Shown here: positions 37,731-50,866 of the stretch, in pieces | Layout: each line of letters starts with the position of its first letter | How positions within the stretch are numbered: the stretch's first letter is position 1 | NCBI GenBank assembly: GCA_031835245.2 | Contig: JAVKOQ020000078.1 | Span: 124,001 to 188,000 of the forward strand | Reading direction: 5' to 3' | DNA: 64,000 nt | Origin: Balamuthia mandrillaris | Lineage: Eukaryota | Translations under genes and position numbers: made by a program | The notes under the pieces: generated by a model | Seen by the model: the letters and a program-made list of their open reading frames with translations, nothing else | Database searches by the model: none | Told to the model about the DNA's origin: nothing

Positions 37731-39335
37731 TCAGTTACTTTCTGTTTGGCCATTTTCTGTTGTTTGCTGTTGTTGTTTCCTTCTTCTGGTGGATGGCGTG
37801 TACCGGGTAAGTGTCTTTGGCTTTTGTTCCTTGCCTTGTGTAACCCCTGCCGCTATTCTTTGTAATACTTTAGCTCTGGAAGCGAATCCTTTTGGCCCTT
37901 TATCTTCAACCAGAAAAGAAGCTGCACAAGATCCTACTTTTACCGCCTTTTTTTGTGGGATAAATGGAACACGTCAATCAGCGTCGAATATAAACGAAAA
38001 GAAAGCAAGAAGAATAGACTCAAGCGCATACCTCTAACACTTCTTGGCCAAAAGGTTCATTGTGACGCTTCCCTTCTCTCAGGTGCAGCAGCTCACAAAT
38101 GGTACATGCCAGGAATGTATCACCACATCCGGTTTCATCCACGACAACATCTTTTTTTATTAACGATAAAAACAAGCATCAGTAACCCGAAAGAATCAAC
38201 AACAAAGAAGGATACAAACATTAACCACATACGAAACAAGCAAGAAAAAGGAAGAAAGCAGAAAGCAGAAAGCAGAAAGAAGAAAGAGCTTTACCCGGCT
38301 TATAGGTCGGAACAAAGACTGTGCCAAGGGCTTCCGTGCATAGCCACGAGCCATTAGGACCCATCGTCACTGACACAATCGGAAAACCAAATCTCCGCTG
38401 TAGCTCCTCCGCACACCCTGCGGGACTCCAACTCTCTTCTTCTTCTGTTCCTTCTCCTGCCTTTCCAGCAGCCTTCAAAATAGAGAGGGCCTCCCCATAC
38501 TCAGCCTTCAGAAACGTCACCGCAGCGGCATCGCTCAGCTTCTGCAACTTCTGTTGCATCTTATGAGCGGGTCGCGTGGTCACCACTTCTCCCTCAAAGT
38601 CTCGAAGGTACCCTTGGATGTCTATTCCCACCACAAAATGCTGCTGCTCTTGCTGTTGTCGGAGGTGTTGCACCACTCCGATGATCATGCCCTCATCCAG
38701 CTCTGCAGCAATTGGCACAAACAACAACGCAAAAGGAGAAGAGTTCTTCTGTTCTGCTTCGTTGTTGTTTGTGTTGCTGTGGGGGATTTGATCAAGTTGG
38801 CGAAGGACATGGTTGAAGGAGACAGGGAAGCCCTTCTCCTTGAGCGTCAAGGTCCGCACACGGCTCTTGTCGTAGCGGAGCTGATAGGAGGTGTTCTTGC
38901 CTTGATCCTTGCGTTGGACGCCCTCCAGGTTGACCCCTTTCTCCTGAAGGCACTGCAGGAAGGACTCTATCTCCGGGTCCGGGCCGATGGAGGAGATGAC
39001 GCGCGCTTTGCCTCCGTACTCTGCTACGGCCAGAGGACCGTAGGTGACGGAACCTCCCATCGCTGTGCGTGCTGCAACATGGAAACCGGACCAAAAAAAA
39101 AAAAAAAAACGAGAATTGACAGTGAACCAGAAAGCAGTAAGCACCAAGATGATGAGCTCCAAAAAATAGAAAAAAGATACCAACTCTCAACAGTGTCGTC
39201 GCTGTTTTCCCAGATGATGATGTCTTTGACAAAGTTTCCAATGAACACCATGTCGTGGGCATTAAAGTCAGAACCTGACTTTCCGCTCCCTCCCGCCGCA
39301 GCCGCTGCTTTGGTGCCTCCGTTTGTGCTCTCCAT
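37731..39335 (-). CDS. PfkB/ribokinase family carbohydrate kinase
   Basis: FIGNFVKD, GGSVTY, VTMGPNGS and the anion-hole motif DETGCGDTF. Confidence 0.88.
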
Positions 39336-39480
39336 CGGCCTTCCTATTTTTTTTTTTTTTGTTTTTGGTTTATTTTTTTTCTTTTTTCGAATACCGCGTC
39401 GTCCCGGAGTGCACCATCGTCTCGATTAAGTTTTTGTCGACACTGCAGAGAAAAGGGTAGCGAAGAGAGCGAGATGGGCA

Positions 39481-40829
39481 ATGCTGAGCTACTCGGCAGA
39501 AGAAGAGGTAAGTAGTTCGGCTCCGGAGGGTTGCCCTCAGGTTCTGGAGGTGGGGTTGGCCTTGGGGTTAGGACTGGTTCTTGTTGCAGGCACAACCGCG
39601 GCGGCTATGCTCCGGCTACGACCACCCGCTCCCTTTCCGGATCGTCTGGCGACCATCCCCCCTGACCAAACCCTTGTGGACAACGCTTTCTATGACAGCC
39701 AAGAGTTCTCGGCCAGCTGGTGGGATGCCACCTCCAAAGGTTGGGCCGCTGGGCTGCATGCTCTCAACGGAGTGCGCACAGCTTACTTTCATCGCGTGTT
39801 CAGCGCACATCTTGGCGACGAACAAGAAGGTTATTGTTGTTTTTTGTTTTCTTCTTCTTCTTGTTCGCGGTAGTGTTTGATGAGTAGTCTCTGACCTCAA
39901 ACGTTTGTTTTGTTTTTTTTTAAGACAAGAAGATAGCAGACATAGGTTGTGGTGGAGGCATAGCGACGGAGCAGATGGCCAAGTTGGGATGGAACGTGAC
40001 CGGGGTGGACCTTTCTCACAACTCGATAGCCACGGCCTCGGCCCATGCCAAGGAGAATGGGGTTGCTAACGTGTGTTATGTCGTCGGTGATGCTTATAAC
40101 GTTCCTCTTGAGGTTGGTTTATGTTCACCCCACAAACAAGGCACAGAGATAAACGAGAAGAGAAGAGCAGAGAAGAGATTGTTTAAATAACTCGCTTGAT
40201 AAAAGGATGAATCTGTGGATGGGGTGATCATGTCGGATGTGCTGGAGCACTTGCACGACTTGGACAAAGCCATGGAGGAAGTTGCACGTATCCTAAAACC
40301 AGGTAATGAGAGATAGAACTAGAGAAGCAGTAACGCAGAGGCTCAGAGATAGAAGGGAGAAGAGAGAAGCTCACCCAATTGTTTTTGGCTTTTGTTTTTA
40401 AGGGGGAGTGCTTGTCTTTGACACAATCAACCGTACTTGGAAGAGCTATGTGCTGGCGATTCTCTTGGCGCAATCTAAATGGCTTGGTATGGTACCTCCT
40501 CATACCCACGACCATCGCATGTTTGTGACTCCACAGGTACTTTTTGCTTGCTATCTTTTCATTTTTTTCTTCTCTTGCCAACTCTTTCTGCTTCTGCTTC
40601 TGCTTCTGCTTCTGCTTCTTTTCTAATGTTAAAGGAACTAGATAAAGTCATGACAAAGTACGGGCTCGTATCATCGTTAGATACATTTAGAGGGATGAAG
40701 CCAGAGCTGAGACCGTTGCAACTGCTGATGGGCAGGGGCCTATGGAATGGTGCCATGAAGACTTGGAAAGAAAGCAACGACCTCAGTGGATCCTATCTCG
40801 GTTATGCTCTCAAGAAGCGATCCGATTAA
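39481..40829 (+). CDS. UbiG/Coq3-like SAM-dependent O-methyltransferase (start approximate)
   Basis: WWD...LHALNGVR, DIGCGGG, VTGVDLS, DVLEHL, LKPGG..VFDTINRT..SY, THD..MFVTP. Confidence 0.88.
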
Positions 40830-40921
40830 CTTGTTACCACCAAAAACAAACAAAGAACAAAGGTAAATACATTTCTTTCTCGATTAGATTAGAGTGATAA
40901 TTGACAGACTAAAGTCCAATT

Positions 40922-42016
40922 TTACATATAAACAGAGTTAGGAAGAGCGTTGCTTATCATCTGTCTTTGCTGCGGGGTGAGTTTCTTCCTAGGCCAAGCG
41001 GTTTGAAAGCGAATGTACAGATCGCCCTTTTGCTGGTTCCTATGATGAGGCATGCCTTCTCCCTTGACCACCTTTCGGTAGTCTGGCGTGAGTACGGTAC
41101 CATCCTCTCCAAAGGGTATCCGGAGGCGTCTTCCATCCAACGTCAAGAGGCTGAGCTCGCCGCCGGTAAGGGCCTGTGTCAAGGTAATGTGGGCGGTATA
41201 TATCAAGTTGCTGCCTTCGCGCTTGAACAAGGGATGTTCCTTCTCCTCCAGAACGAAGACAATGTCGGCCGGCTCAGAGCCATCCCTCTGCTCGTCTCCT
41301 TCCTTCTCGAAGGTGATTTTTGTGCCGGCCTTCCATCCTGGCTTGACGTCTATCGTCAACACTTTTTCCACCGGATAGAAGTTACCCGTCGAGCCATCGA
41401 TCAATCGCTTCGTGACCTTCATCTTCTTCTGACAACCGGTGTAGAGCTCTTCCAGGCTGCAACTGAACTTGTGAATTATGGGTTCTGTCTTTCTTCTTCC
41501 TCTGGCACCCATTCCTCCCATTCCCCCTCGTCCTCTACTTCCCATTCCACTCATTCCGGGCATTCCTCCCATCCCACTCATTCCGGGCATACCTCCAAAG
41601 CTAGAGAAGCGGAAAGTGGAGCCGAGGCCATCGTCCTCTTCCATGCCCATTCCCCCCATTCCCCCCATGCCACCGAAGAACTGTTTGAAGATCTCATCGG
41701 CATCTTCTCTGGAGAAGTGGAACGTGGTGCCGCCGCCTCCAAAGCCAGCTCCGCCAAAGCCTTGAGCTCCTGGAACTTCTCCTCTCAAGCCAGCTTCGCC
41801 GAAGCGGTCGTACACTTCTTTCTTCTTCGGATCTCGCAGCACTTCATAGGCCTCCGAGACGAGCTTGAACTGCTCTTCCGCGTGCTTGTTGTTTGGGTTC
41901 CTGTCAGGATGCCACTTGAGGGCCATCTTGCGGTAGGCCTTCTTCACATCCTCGTCGCTGGCGTTCTTGTCAACGCCCAATATTTTGTAATAGTCCTTTC
42001 CTCCTGTACTGGCCAT
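40922..42016 (-). CDS. Class B DnaJ/Hsp40 (Sis1/DNAJB-like), intronless
   Basis: J domain with HPD, G/F- and G/M-rich linker, and C-terminal domain ([30 protein letters not shown]). Confidence 0.97.
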   Translation of the reverse strand: MASTGGKDYYKILGVDKNASDEDVKKAYRKMALKWHPDRNPNNKHAEEQFKLVSEAYEVLRDPKKKEVYDRFGEAGLRGEVPGAQGFGGAGFGGGGTTFHFSREDADEIFKQFFGGMGGMGGMGMEEDDGLGSTFRFSSFGGMPGMSGMGGMPGMSGMGSRGRGGMGGMGARGRRKTEPIIHKFSCSLEELYTGCQKKMKVTKRLIDGSTGNFYPVEKVLTIDVKPGWKAGTKITFEKEGDEQRDGSEPADIVFVLEEKEHPLFKREGSNLIYTAHITLTQALTGGELSLLTLDGRRLRIPFGEDGTVLTPDYRKVVKGEGMPHHRNQQKGDLYIRFQTAWPRKKLTPQQRQMISNALPNSVYM

Positions 42017-42401
42017 GCTTGCTTCGGTATCACGGCTTTGTTTGCTTAGTAGTCGTCCTCTGTGTTCTTATTTGACGTGTTCAAAAGTTTGAAATGAAAA
42101 TGAGCAGGTGGACCGACACGCCAAGACATTAAAATGGAGCACCGATAGCGAAGGTGGTTGCCTTTGATTTTCTGCAAGTTTCCCCATTTCTCTTTTCCTG
42201 TTTTCTGCTTTCTCCTGAAATTTCCCCTGAAACAAGTGGAAATATGTGTTTTTCGTCGACATTTCACTGAAAAAACCGAATTTTGTGAAGCCACACGGAA
42301 AAAAAAAGTTTGGCAAACCTTTGGCAGAAAAAAAGCCAAAGAAGAAGATCGAATCAACGCCAACCTACCTCCTTACTTTCAATAACAGAACAAACCAGTC
42401 T

Positions 42402-42815
42402 ATGTCGCGTCCCTATGCAGAGGGTATCTCCGCCGATGGTGACTATTGCAAGGCGGATTCTGGGCAAGACTACGCGGCAGCGAAATCCTCACCACGACCG
42501 CTGGACAAATACGCGGTAGCAGAGAACAAAGAGAAACCCTACGCCATTGGGGAGCACAACGGCCCCTACGTGGTGAGTGGCGAACCAGAGCCTGCCAAAG
42601 TCTATGCACGAGGAGAGCGTAAGGAGGACGAGGTGTACGTGATGGGTGGAAGTAATGGAGACTATTGTACAGGCCAAGCAGGCAGCAGCAAGGTAGCGTA
42701 CGCAGGAGGGGACAAGAAGAGAAAAAGAGAGCTGCCTTATGTCATGCAAACGGCAGGAAGCAAAGAATACTGTAGCGGACAAGTAGGAAAACAACCTTAT
42801 TTTGTTGCTTATTGA
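42402..42815 (+). CDS. Orphan 137-aa tyrosine-repeat protein, intronless
   Basis: GC-richer ORF flanked by AT-rich sequence, with about 13 x-Y-[A/C/V]-x-[G/A] units spaced roughly 9-13 aa apart. Confidence 0.7.
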   Translation: MSRPYAEGISADGDYCKADSGQDYAAAKSSPRPLDKYAVAENKEKPYAIGEHNGPYVVSGEPEPAKVYARGERKEDEVYVMGGSNGDYCTGQAGSSKVAYAGGDKKRKRELPYVMQTAGSKEYCSGQVGKQPYFVAY

Positions 42816-43192
42816 AACAAAAGAAGGAAGAGAGTTCTTGTTTTTTGTGCTCTTTAGGTTTTTGTTTTTGGCTGACGATCTTCTTCCTCTCCACAAAGCA
42901 ACAGTCGCTACTCGCAAAAGAGTAAGTAAAAACGGCTTCTGTAGTTGGGCGGAAGAAGAACCAGCCGTTCCTTTTGTTTGTAATTTTATTGAATATATCT
43001 CTATTTTTTTTTGTATTATTTTGTTGTCGATAAATGTGGAGAGCTGAGTTGGTTGGAACTCATGCGTTATATTTGGGGGAGAAGCAGGACCTTTCCTGGC
43101 CGTCTTCGCGGAGCAACATGTTTTTGCGGACAAAAGCATGTCTATAATTATCGATAACAACACAATTTAGCAGAAGAGCAAAGCAAACAGGA

Positions 43193-43918
43193 ATGGAACC
43201 GGCAACGAGTAGCGAAGAGGAGCAGGTAGAGTAGTCTATTTTGCGTTCCCTCTTGTCCGTTGTTTTGCTATCTGAAGTGGTAGATGCTTCTTCTCATCGT
43301 TTGAGTTTGCACTTGTCATCAGCTAAGGGCAGAAAACCAGCGCCTGCGAAAAGAGATCAACCTCATGCGAGCGAAACTTGCTGCCTTTGAGCACGATGAG
43401 AATCAGGTGCCGCCTACTTCCGACAAACGTATACCTTCATTCTTTCTTCTTTTCTCTTTTGTTTCTTCCTTCCTTCAGGAGGATGCTTGTAGTTGATCTC
43501 ATCTTTTGTGCATAACAGAACATGTAGCCAGAATTTTTTCGGCGTTTGACACCGACAAAGACGGCTTCATTGATCAGAAAGAGCTGAGAGAGTTGGCCCT
43601 TCAGTTGGGAGAAAGTGCCACAGAGGGAGAAATAAATCATGCCATGGCCCAGATCGACCTGAACAAGGACGGCGTCATCAGTTTTGAAGAGTTTTATACA
43701 TGGTGGAGCGCCGAAGAAGAGGCCGAAGAAGGCAAGGCTCACCAAAAAGAGAAGGAGGAAGATGAGGATGAACATGGCAAGCGGCTAAGAGCGTTGCGGC
43801 TCAAGCTGCGGTCACAACCTTACATGCGCACGGTGCTTCGACTCATGGACAAAGTGAACCATAAAGTCGCCCTTTCTTTGGCCACCAACCAGCTGCATTC
43901 ATTAAAACGTATAACACG

Positions 43919-43956
<38 letters not shown>

Positions 43957-44720
43957 TCTTGATCTAATGTTTTTCTTTTATCTTGTTATTTCTTTCTCAA
44001 ATAGAAACGGAAGTGACAGCAACAGAAAACAAGAAAGGCAAAGATAAAAGAAAGTTAGCTGAGGAGGAAACCAAACACCCTTCTACATTCTCTGCAAATG
44101 TAAACGTAACAGTTGGAACTTTTGGAAGCGCCCCAACGACCGCTTCTCTACACTTTGAATGCTCAGAGGAAAAGGCCGAAGCTGCACGCAAGGAGTTTGT
44201 TGCTCCTGAAGATTCTGCCATCATATCTCTTGGTCTTACCATTAACGATAATGTAGACGGTATCTACTCTCTTGTTTTATCCATTTTCTTCATTGCCGAG
44301 TAGCTCATCAACATTTTATTTCCTAAAGACTTTGAATTGGGAGAATTATCAGGAAGTTTGAAAGACATTCTGTCAGTGTTAACGGAAACCTTTCATTATC
44401 GTGGCCACAAAGTGCAGCTGGTTCAGACAACCAATGACAAAGGAGAAAAGCAAAGAGAGTTTCGAGTATCTCTTATTTTCTTCGAGAATGAGGGGGCAGA
44501 GCTGTTGACCGGTTTTTTAACCGCAGCGCAACTAAAAGAGATGGATATATCTTTGGAGCTATCACAGTCTCCCACAACCGACACAGAAGAGTTTTTGAGT
44601 TTACGGGCTTCGCTTAACGCCGTTGTTGGGATCACTGCTATCGATTTCTTCCACTCCCTTCTTAGTCACAGCGATAACGGCCAAGAAAGGGCAGACATCA
44701 CTGATGTGATAGCTCTCTTC

Positions 44721-44765
<45 letters not shown>

Positions 44766-45228
44766 CCTTTCCTTTTCTACTCACATTATGGCTTTTTAAA
44801 AATAGACTGCATTAAGAAACGTGGGGCTCAACTTTAAGTTCGATAATGTGGAAGACATGTACAGGCAAGCATTCCAAGATACTGACTTTGCAGAAGTGAC
44901 AGGTTGGCAGTCTGGCAAAAGGTTGCTAATACCGTGGCTTAAAAGTATTTTAGGTTCGTGTCTTCCTCTTGTGCAGTGACTCTCCTAGAGCAGCAAGATC
45001 GAATGAAGAATGCATGAGAGACTCTAACATGTTGGATGGTATACAGGGAAAGAAAGCACTCCGCCGCCAGTGATAGGAGTATATGGCATGGCGAAAGAAT
45101 TGTTGCGTGGAGTCAGTTCGTTGCGGGTTCAGCTTGGCAACCTTATCTTCTCTGCAACAGCTCTCAATGCTGATATTGTGCACTTCATGCCTCCTCTCTC
45201 AGAATTAGGCTTAAGCCCACGTGCATAA
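43193..45228 (+). CDS. EF-hand pair protein with uncharacterised C-terminal region
   Basis: EF loops DTDKDGFIDQKE and DLNKDGVISFEE. Multi-exon. Confidence 0.8.
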
Positions 45229-45368
45229 TGCAGATCTTTTTTGTTCCTTGTGTACCGTTCTTGTTATTTACAACAGGGACCAAAAAATGGTCCTGTAGCG
45301 ACTGTAACATGTGCCCTACCTTTGCAGAGATAGCGTCTTGTTTCTTTCAGATTGTTTTATGGCCTGGG

Positions 45369-47366
45369 TCAACAACTAATTTGAAAAGGCGAACCATGCA
45401 GCAATAACGTGAGCTGTGTTTCTCCTACTGATATCTGTGGTGTGGAGGAGTAACAAAGGTTAAAGACTCACGTTAGCAATTGGGGACCCTCAATTACTCA
45501 CCGTATGCCTCCCAGGATGTACGTGCCGGTGGCCACGTCGGTCCACTAGGCTTAGCGCTTCCGGGCTGCTAGAGAAAAACACCACCGTAGATTGACCGGG
45601 CAAGAGATGAACTCGCTGGAAGTCAAATAAGCGTTTTCGCAATGGCAACGCGCCACCTGAGGCTCTCTTTGCCTCGCGATTGTCCGGCACGAAAAATCCT
45701 AAAACGGTGTCATCTCCCTCTGTGCAGACAAGGTAAGTGGGTGGCATTCTTCACTACCAACAACAGTAAAACAACAAAAAGAAAGCAAGCATGTACCGAT
45801 AGAACCTGTGTTCGTAACCTGCCAGAAGAACATATCAGCTGAGGGTAAGTGAGAGGAGAGACAGCCGTACCTTGATTCTAAAGCTAATGCCTTCCAATGC
45901 AGCCGCTTCAGTTGTGGAAGCGATGCTACTATCACTGTGTAAGAACGTGTAAGAGAAGGTAGTGTAGGACAAACCGTGTCCAAATGACCAAATGGGCTGT
46001 AATTAAGAAGAAATAAAAGTAAGATGAGGACACAACCACAAGAGAGGAGCTCAAACATACTGTGTCTGCGTAGTACTTGTAAGTTCTACCGGGATATTGT
46101 GTCATGTTCATATTGGTAAGGTCTATCTTTGAGACGTAATCTTCCAAATATACAGTGTACGGCAGTCGTCCCGCTGGATTATAATCGCCAAATACAACAT
46201 CAGCAATGGCCCGTCCGCCTTGCTCGCCAGGATAAAATCCTTCTATGATGCCTTTCACATTCTTTGCAATCCAAGAAGAAGCTACTGGCCCTCCGTTGAT
46301 AAATACAACTACCACTTTGAATGAGAGAAGTGCATTAGGAACACCTCTGATAAAGGGAAGGAATAGAAAACTTACCTGGCTTCTGAAGCTTGGCGATAGC
46401 CTGCACGAGCTGTAACTGAACTCCAGGAAGGCCAATGGAATACCTATCTAGTCCTTCTTCTTCAATTGTGCCATTGAGACCAAGAACCAGCACGGACGCA
46501 TCCGCTTCCGAAGCTATGCTTAACGCTTCTGCGAAGCCTTCAGTGGAAGTTGAGTTGATATCACAACCTTGTGCATACTTCACTTTTATGCGTTTGTGAA
46601 CCATGCCTTCCAGCACCGAAATAATGAATGGAGGTTCAGCATGATAGTTGCTTAGCAAGGTTTCGGTTGCATTTGCGTTCGGCCCTGTTAAATTGTACTC
46701 ATAAAAATGAATAAACAAGAAAAAATTCATGAAAAGAAGAAGAGGAAGAAGCAGAGGAAGAAGAACAAGAAGAAGAAGAACGAGAACGAGAACGAGAACG
46801 AGAAGAAGAAGGAGAAGAAGAAGGAGAACGAGAACGAGAACGAGAAGGAGAAGGAGAAGAAGAAGGAGGAGGAGAACAAGAAAAAGAAGAACGAAGAACG
46901 CAAACGAAGAACAGAGAGGCATGATTCAAGAGGAAGCATACCAATCAAAGCAATAGAAGCATGTTTGCTCAACGGAAGAATGGAATCATCATTCTTGAGG
47001 AGAACTATCGATTCGCGCGCAGCTTGCAAAGCAAGAGCCCTTGCCGATGATGTATTGACTTGATGTATGCTTATTTTAGTGTAGGGTTGTATGTCAGATG
47101 GGTCGAATTGACCTAACTGAATACTGCTCGTTATACATTGTTAGAACTAGCATATAAACAGCAAATGTTACGAAACTTACCGATGACTGAATAAACGGCC
47201 AACAGCGGTATCTATATTTTGCATTGATATCGTCTTATTCACGGCAGCGGAACATGAGCTGTAAAAGTCACCACAATCCAGATCAGTGCCTGCCTTTATC
47301 GCAACACCACATGTATCCTATGTTTCAATTAGTGACGAAGAAGGTTTGGGAAATAGAGAACTCTAA

Positions 47367-47401
<35 letters not shown>

Positions 47402-48036
47402 TACAATGGTGTTGTTGGTATAATGGTGGGCATCCAGAATGGATTGCACTGCTCCACAATCAGAAACAACGTATCCATTAAAGTTCCATTGTTGCCGAGC
47501 CAATTCCTCCAGCAAGAAATTATCTGCACATGATGGCACTCCTATCGGTGTTGGCTTGTTAATACACTTTGTGTACGCAATGAACAGGAAGACAGTTTGC
47601 TGAAGGAAGAGAACAAAATACCATTTACAGCGTTGTATGAACACATGATTGACTTTGCTTTGCCTATACGAACACAAGCCTGGATTGCATCAGAAAAAGA
47701 GAATCTGATTCTGGTCAAGAAGAATTAAGTAGGGTACCTCGAACGCAGGAAGATAGGTCTCCACCAAATCGCTATCGCTGACCACTGCGTTGAAGTGAAA
47801 CCTGTCTACTCCTTTCCAATTCTCTAAACTATACTCGGTTTCGTAAATATAAAACCATAGATACCATCAAGAATATTCATATACCTGTACGCTGCAAAAT
47901 GTTTACAAGTAGCAATAACTTTTAAGTAACGTGGATCTTCTCCAGTTTGTAGTGCGTCTACAAATGTGGATGCATATTGACCTGTCAAATAAGGATCTAA
48001 ATTTATTTGTTTAGAAACAAACTGAGAGGAGCGAGA

Positions 48037-48081
<45 letters not shown>

Positions 48082-49008
48082 TCGCCAGGGGTTTCTTGAC
48101 CTCTACCCCAACGTGGATCGCGAAAAATGTTTAAGTTTGGGGCAAAATAACTTGCAATGGTCATTAGACAAAGTTAGGATAGGGTTCCCTCCTCTCCTGC
48201 AATAACAGGCCATCAAAAGATCGACAAAAGGGAGTTGTTGTGGATAACGTACGTGAGGCCGCCTGGTTTTTGATCGAAGGTAGGCCAAAGCTTCGCGTTT
48301 ACAAGAGCTCTTGCCTCTGTCGCTATTGTCTTTTTTAACACGCAGGCTCGTGAACAAAAAAACAACCGAGAACAAAACGAAAAAAAAAATGCATACATGA
48401 CCGATGCTTCGCACCATGCTCAAGTTGAAGGAAGCACCTAAACCTATTGGAGCTGGAAAGGAGGTTGCCCCATTGGCTTTTACTCCATGCACTACCGCAA
48501 AACAAAAAAAAATCATAGTGTCACTGTTGGAGTGCGATTTGCTGTGATGGAGAGCACGTACAGCACTCGCTCCACCATTGATAGCTTTCTATGCCAAGCC
48601 TTGGTATGGCTTTGCTCCGTTAATGAGGCATAAGTTGGATGAGGACATTGAGAAGAGCGGTTCAGAGAAGGAAGGGAGAGGAGCAGGGGAGAGGGGAGGG
48701 GGGAACGAGGGTTGGGACAGAAGCAGAGAAGAGAGCTCACCGGGCGCATCGGTGACCATTTGGCCAACTTTCTCTTCGAGAGTGAGCCGAGAGAGCAAGT
48801 CTTTCACGCGTTCTGCACAAAGTGTTTCACGGTGTCAACAATAGCGGAGCAGAGCAAGCAGAAAAGCTCGAAAACCTTCCACGGGTAGCTTGTAGTCACA
48901 AAATGGATAAGGGCTACCGCCTCCGCACATGCTGGCTGGTGCCCCATATATGACGGTACATAGGCGCAACGACAGCCAAACAAGCAGTACCTTGACGACT
49001 TGCCTCAT
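45369..49008 (-). CDS. Secreted glycoside hydrolase family 3 (beta-xylosidase/glucosidase-like) with Fn3-like C-terminus
   Basis: Signal peptide, [54 protein letters not shown] (nucleophile), SIVLLKN, EEEGLDR, NPAGRLP, VTNTG. Confidence 0.95.
46730..46905. repeat. Intronic purine-rich GAA/GAGAAC compound microsatellite
   Basis: Directly visible inside GH3 intron 46685-46941. Confidence 0.9.
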
Positions 49009-49287
49009 CCTGCCGGCTCTGCGAGAGAAGAAGTTGTTTTCTTGTTTCCTTTCTTGTTGAGTTAATTTGCAGAGTTTCCATGGAATTTCTCCTATGGGCA
49101 AAAAAGTTGACTACCTATTCATGGAATCGAACGCGCGCCCCATGTAGACGAATTTCTGTTCCGACTTTTTTCCGACGAACCCTCAAACATAGTTTCACCG
49201 AAAAGAAGTCGTCATCGCCGAAAAGAAACCCATGTATTAACCCAAACAACAACAGCACACAAAAAGGAACAGGACAGCAACCAGGCA

Positions 49288-50828
49288 ATGCCACAGGGGC
49301 CACTGCGCAATGGACAACGTACGCACACACCAGCAAGCTATGGCCACCTGCGAGCAAGAGCCGGACCGACGGGAGCCGGAGGAAAAAGAGTAGGCGCAGG
49401 AGGAGGAGGAGCCCGAACGTGGTTCTCCTCTGCTGCTGCGAATCAGCCTCAGCAGCCACAGCAACCGCAGCAACCACTCCAAAAGCCCAAAAAGAAGAAA
49501 TCTTCTGCCAAACAAACGGCTGAGCAAAAGAGATCCAACATCTTCGAATGGCTAATTCCGGAGGAAGAGAGACCCACCGAACCGAACAACAACACCGCCA
49601 AAGGCAAACGTTCGGGAGTGGTGCTGTCGGCGCAACAACGCGGCTCCGGCTCGGTGCTCTTCCAAAACAACATGTGCTTTGCTTACCGCCAACAGGAAGT
49701 TAGTTGGAAGGAAGAGCTTGCCGCTCACCGAAGAGAGTTGGAGCGCCTCCAGCTGCATCGTCTTCGTCAGGAACAACGGGCCGAAGCCAAAGCTACCAAG
49801 CAAGCGGCTGTAGCTCTCGATAAGAAGGACCAGGAGAAAGGCAAGAACGTTGTGGGTGAGAGTGGCTTGGTATTCGAAATAACAGCGCCGCCTGAACAAT
49901 CTTTGTTGTGGGACGTGAAGCAGACACCTTCGTTGGACACGGCTCCTATTCCCGTTGAGGCTGTTAAAGAAATCGAGGTACAATCTTCTCTCTCTCTTCT
50001 CTTCTCTCTCTCTCTCTTCTCCTCTCTCTCTCTCTCTCTCTCTTCTCATTGCTCGTTGCATGTTATGTAAACAGGTATCAAGCTTTCACCATGCCACAAA
50101 GTTTGACATCCAAGGGGACAAAGCCATGACCTTCCATCTATCCAAAGCACAAGCCTCTGTTCTGGCTTCCACTTCTGCCTCATTCAAACTTCCTTCCTCA
50201 CATGCGAAGTCTACCAACAACTTTGCTATCGAGAGTGGAGGAAGAGGAAACATTTTCTTCGAACCATCACAAGAAACAGCATCTACAGTAGCTAGTTTAA
50301 CGGTGGACTTGAAAGCTATCAAACAAAACCAACGAAACGTGAATTTCTTGGGCGAGGAACTCGAGACTTCAACTTCGTCATTAGCCTCATCTGCAATTAA
50401 AAAGCAAACGCAAATGGGTGTTGCGGCAGTGAGAGAGGATGATGACAAACTGGAAGAAGAAGAGAGGGAGATTAAGAAGCTTCAGCTGTTGTTGAGCCAA
50501 CAGTTTATCTCAAAGGACGTGTTTCAACGACGAAAGTCCGAGCTGGAAAAGCGGATGAGGGAACGGTTGCAGCTTAACAAGAGTATCGAGGAAGAGAGGG
50601 CCGCTCGTGAGCGCGACCGGCGGAAAATGATGGAGGAATGGGAACGAAGGGATGAGGATGAGCGACAAAAACGGATGGCAGAGTACCAACGCCGTATGGG
50701 TCTTTCTATACTCTCAGCTGACGAGAACGAACAAAAAGAAGAAACTCCACAATTAAGTGCCGAGGGTAACATTCTCGCTCCTCATCTCTTTCCCTCTTTG
50801 CTCACTTTAATGACGTCTTATTGCTATC

Positions 50829-50866
<38 letters not shown>

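Noticed and set aside
40967..42049. 360-aa antisense ORF over DnaJ (also antisense ORFs over SDH4, PfkB and the CMTR-like gene)
   Set aside because: Shadow ORFs expected from GC-rich codon bias in the real genes. No recognisable motifs.
37731..45228. Possible biosynthetic cluster (PfkB, methyltransferase, Tyr-repeat peptide, EF-hand protein)
   Set aside because: Adjacency in a compact eukaryotic genome is not evidence of linkage, and there is no recognisable peptide-modifying enzyme or protease. Co-expression or conserved synteny would be needed.
49100..49160. Minus-strand GTTCGATTCC (tRNA T-loop/B-box) followed by T6
   Set aside because: No T-stem pairing, acceptor stem or A-box. Not a tRNA and too weak to call a Pol III gene.
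49198..49227. Direct repeat CCGAAAAGAA twice at 20-bp spacing in a divergent promoter
   Set aside because: Single occurrence and A-rich, so it could be chance.
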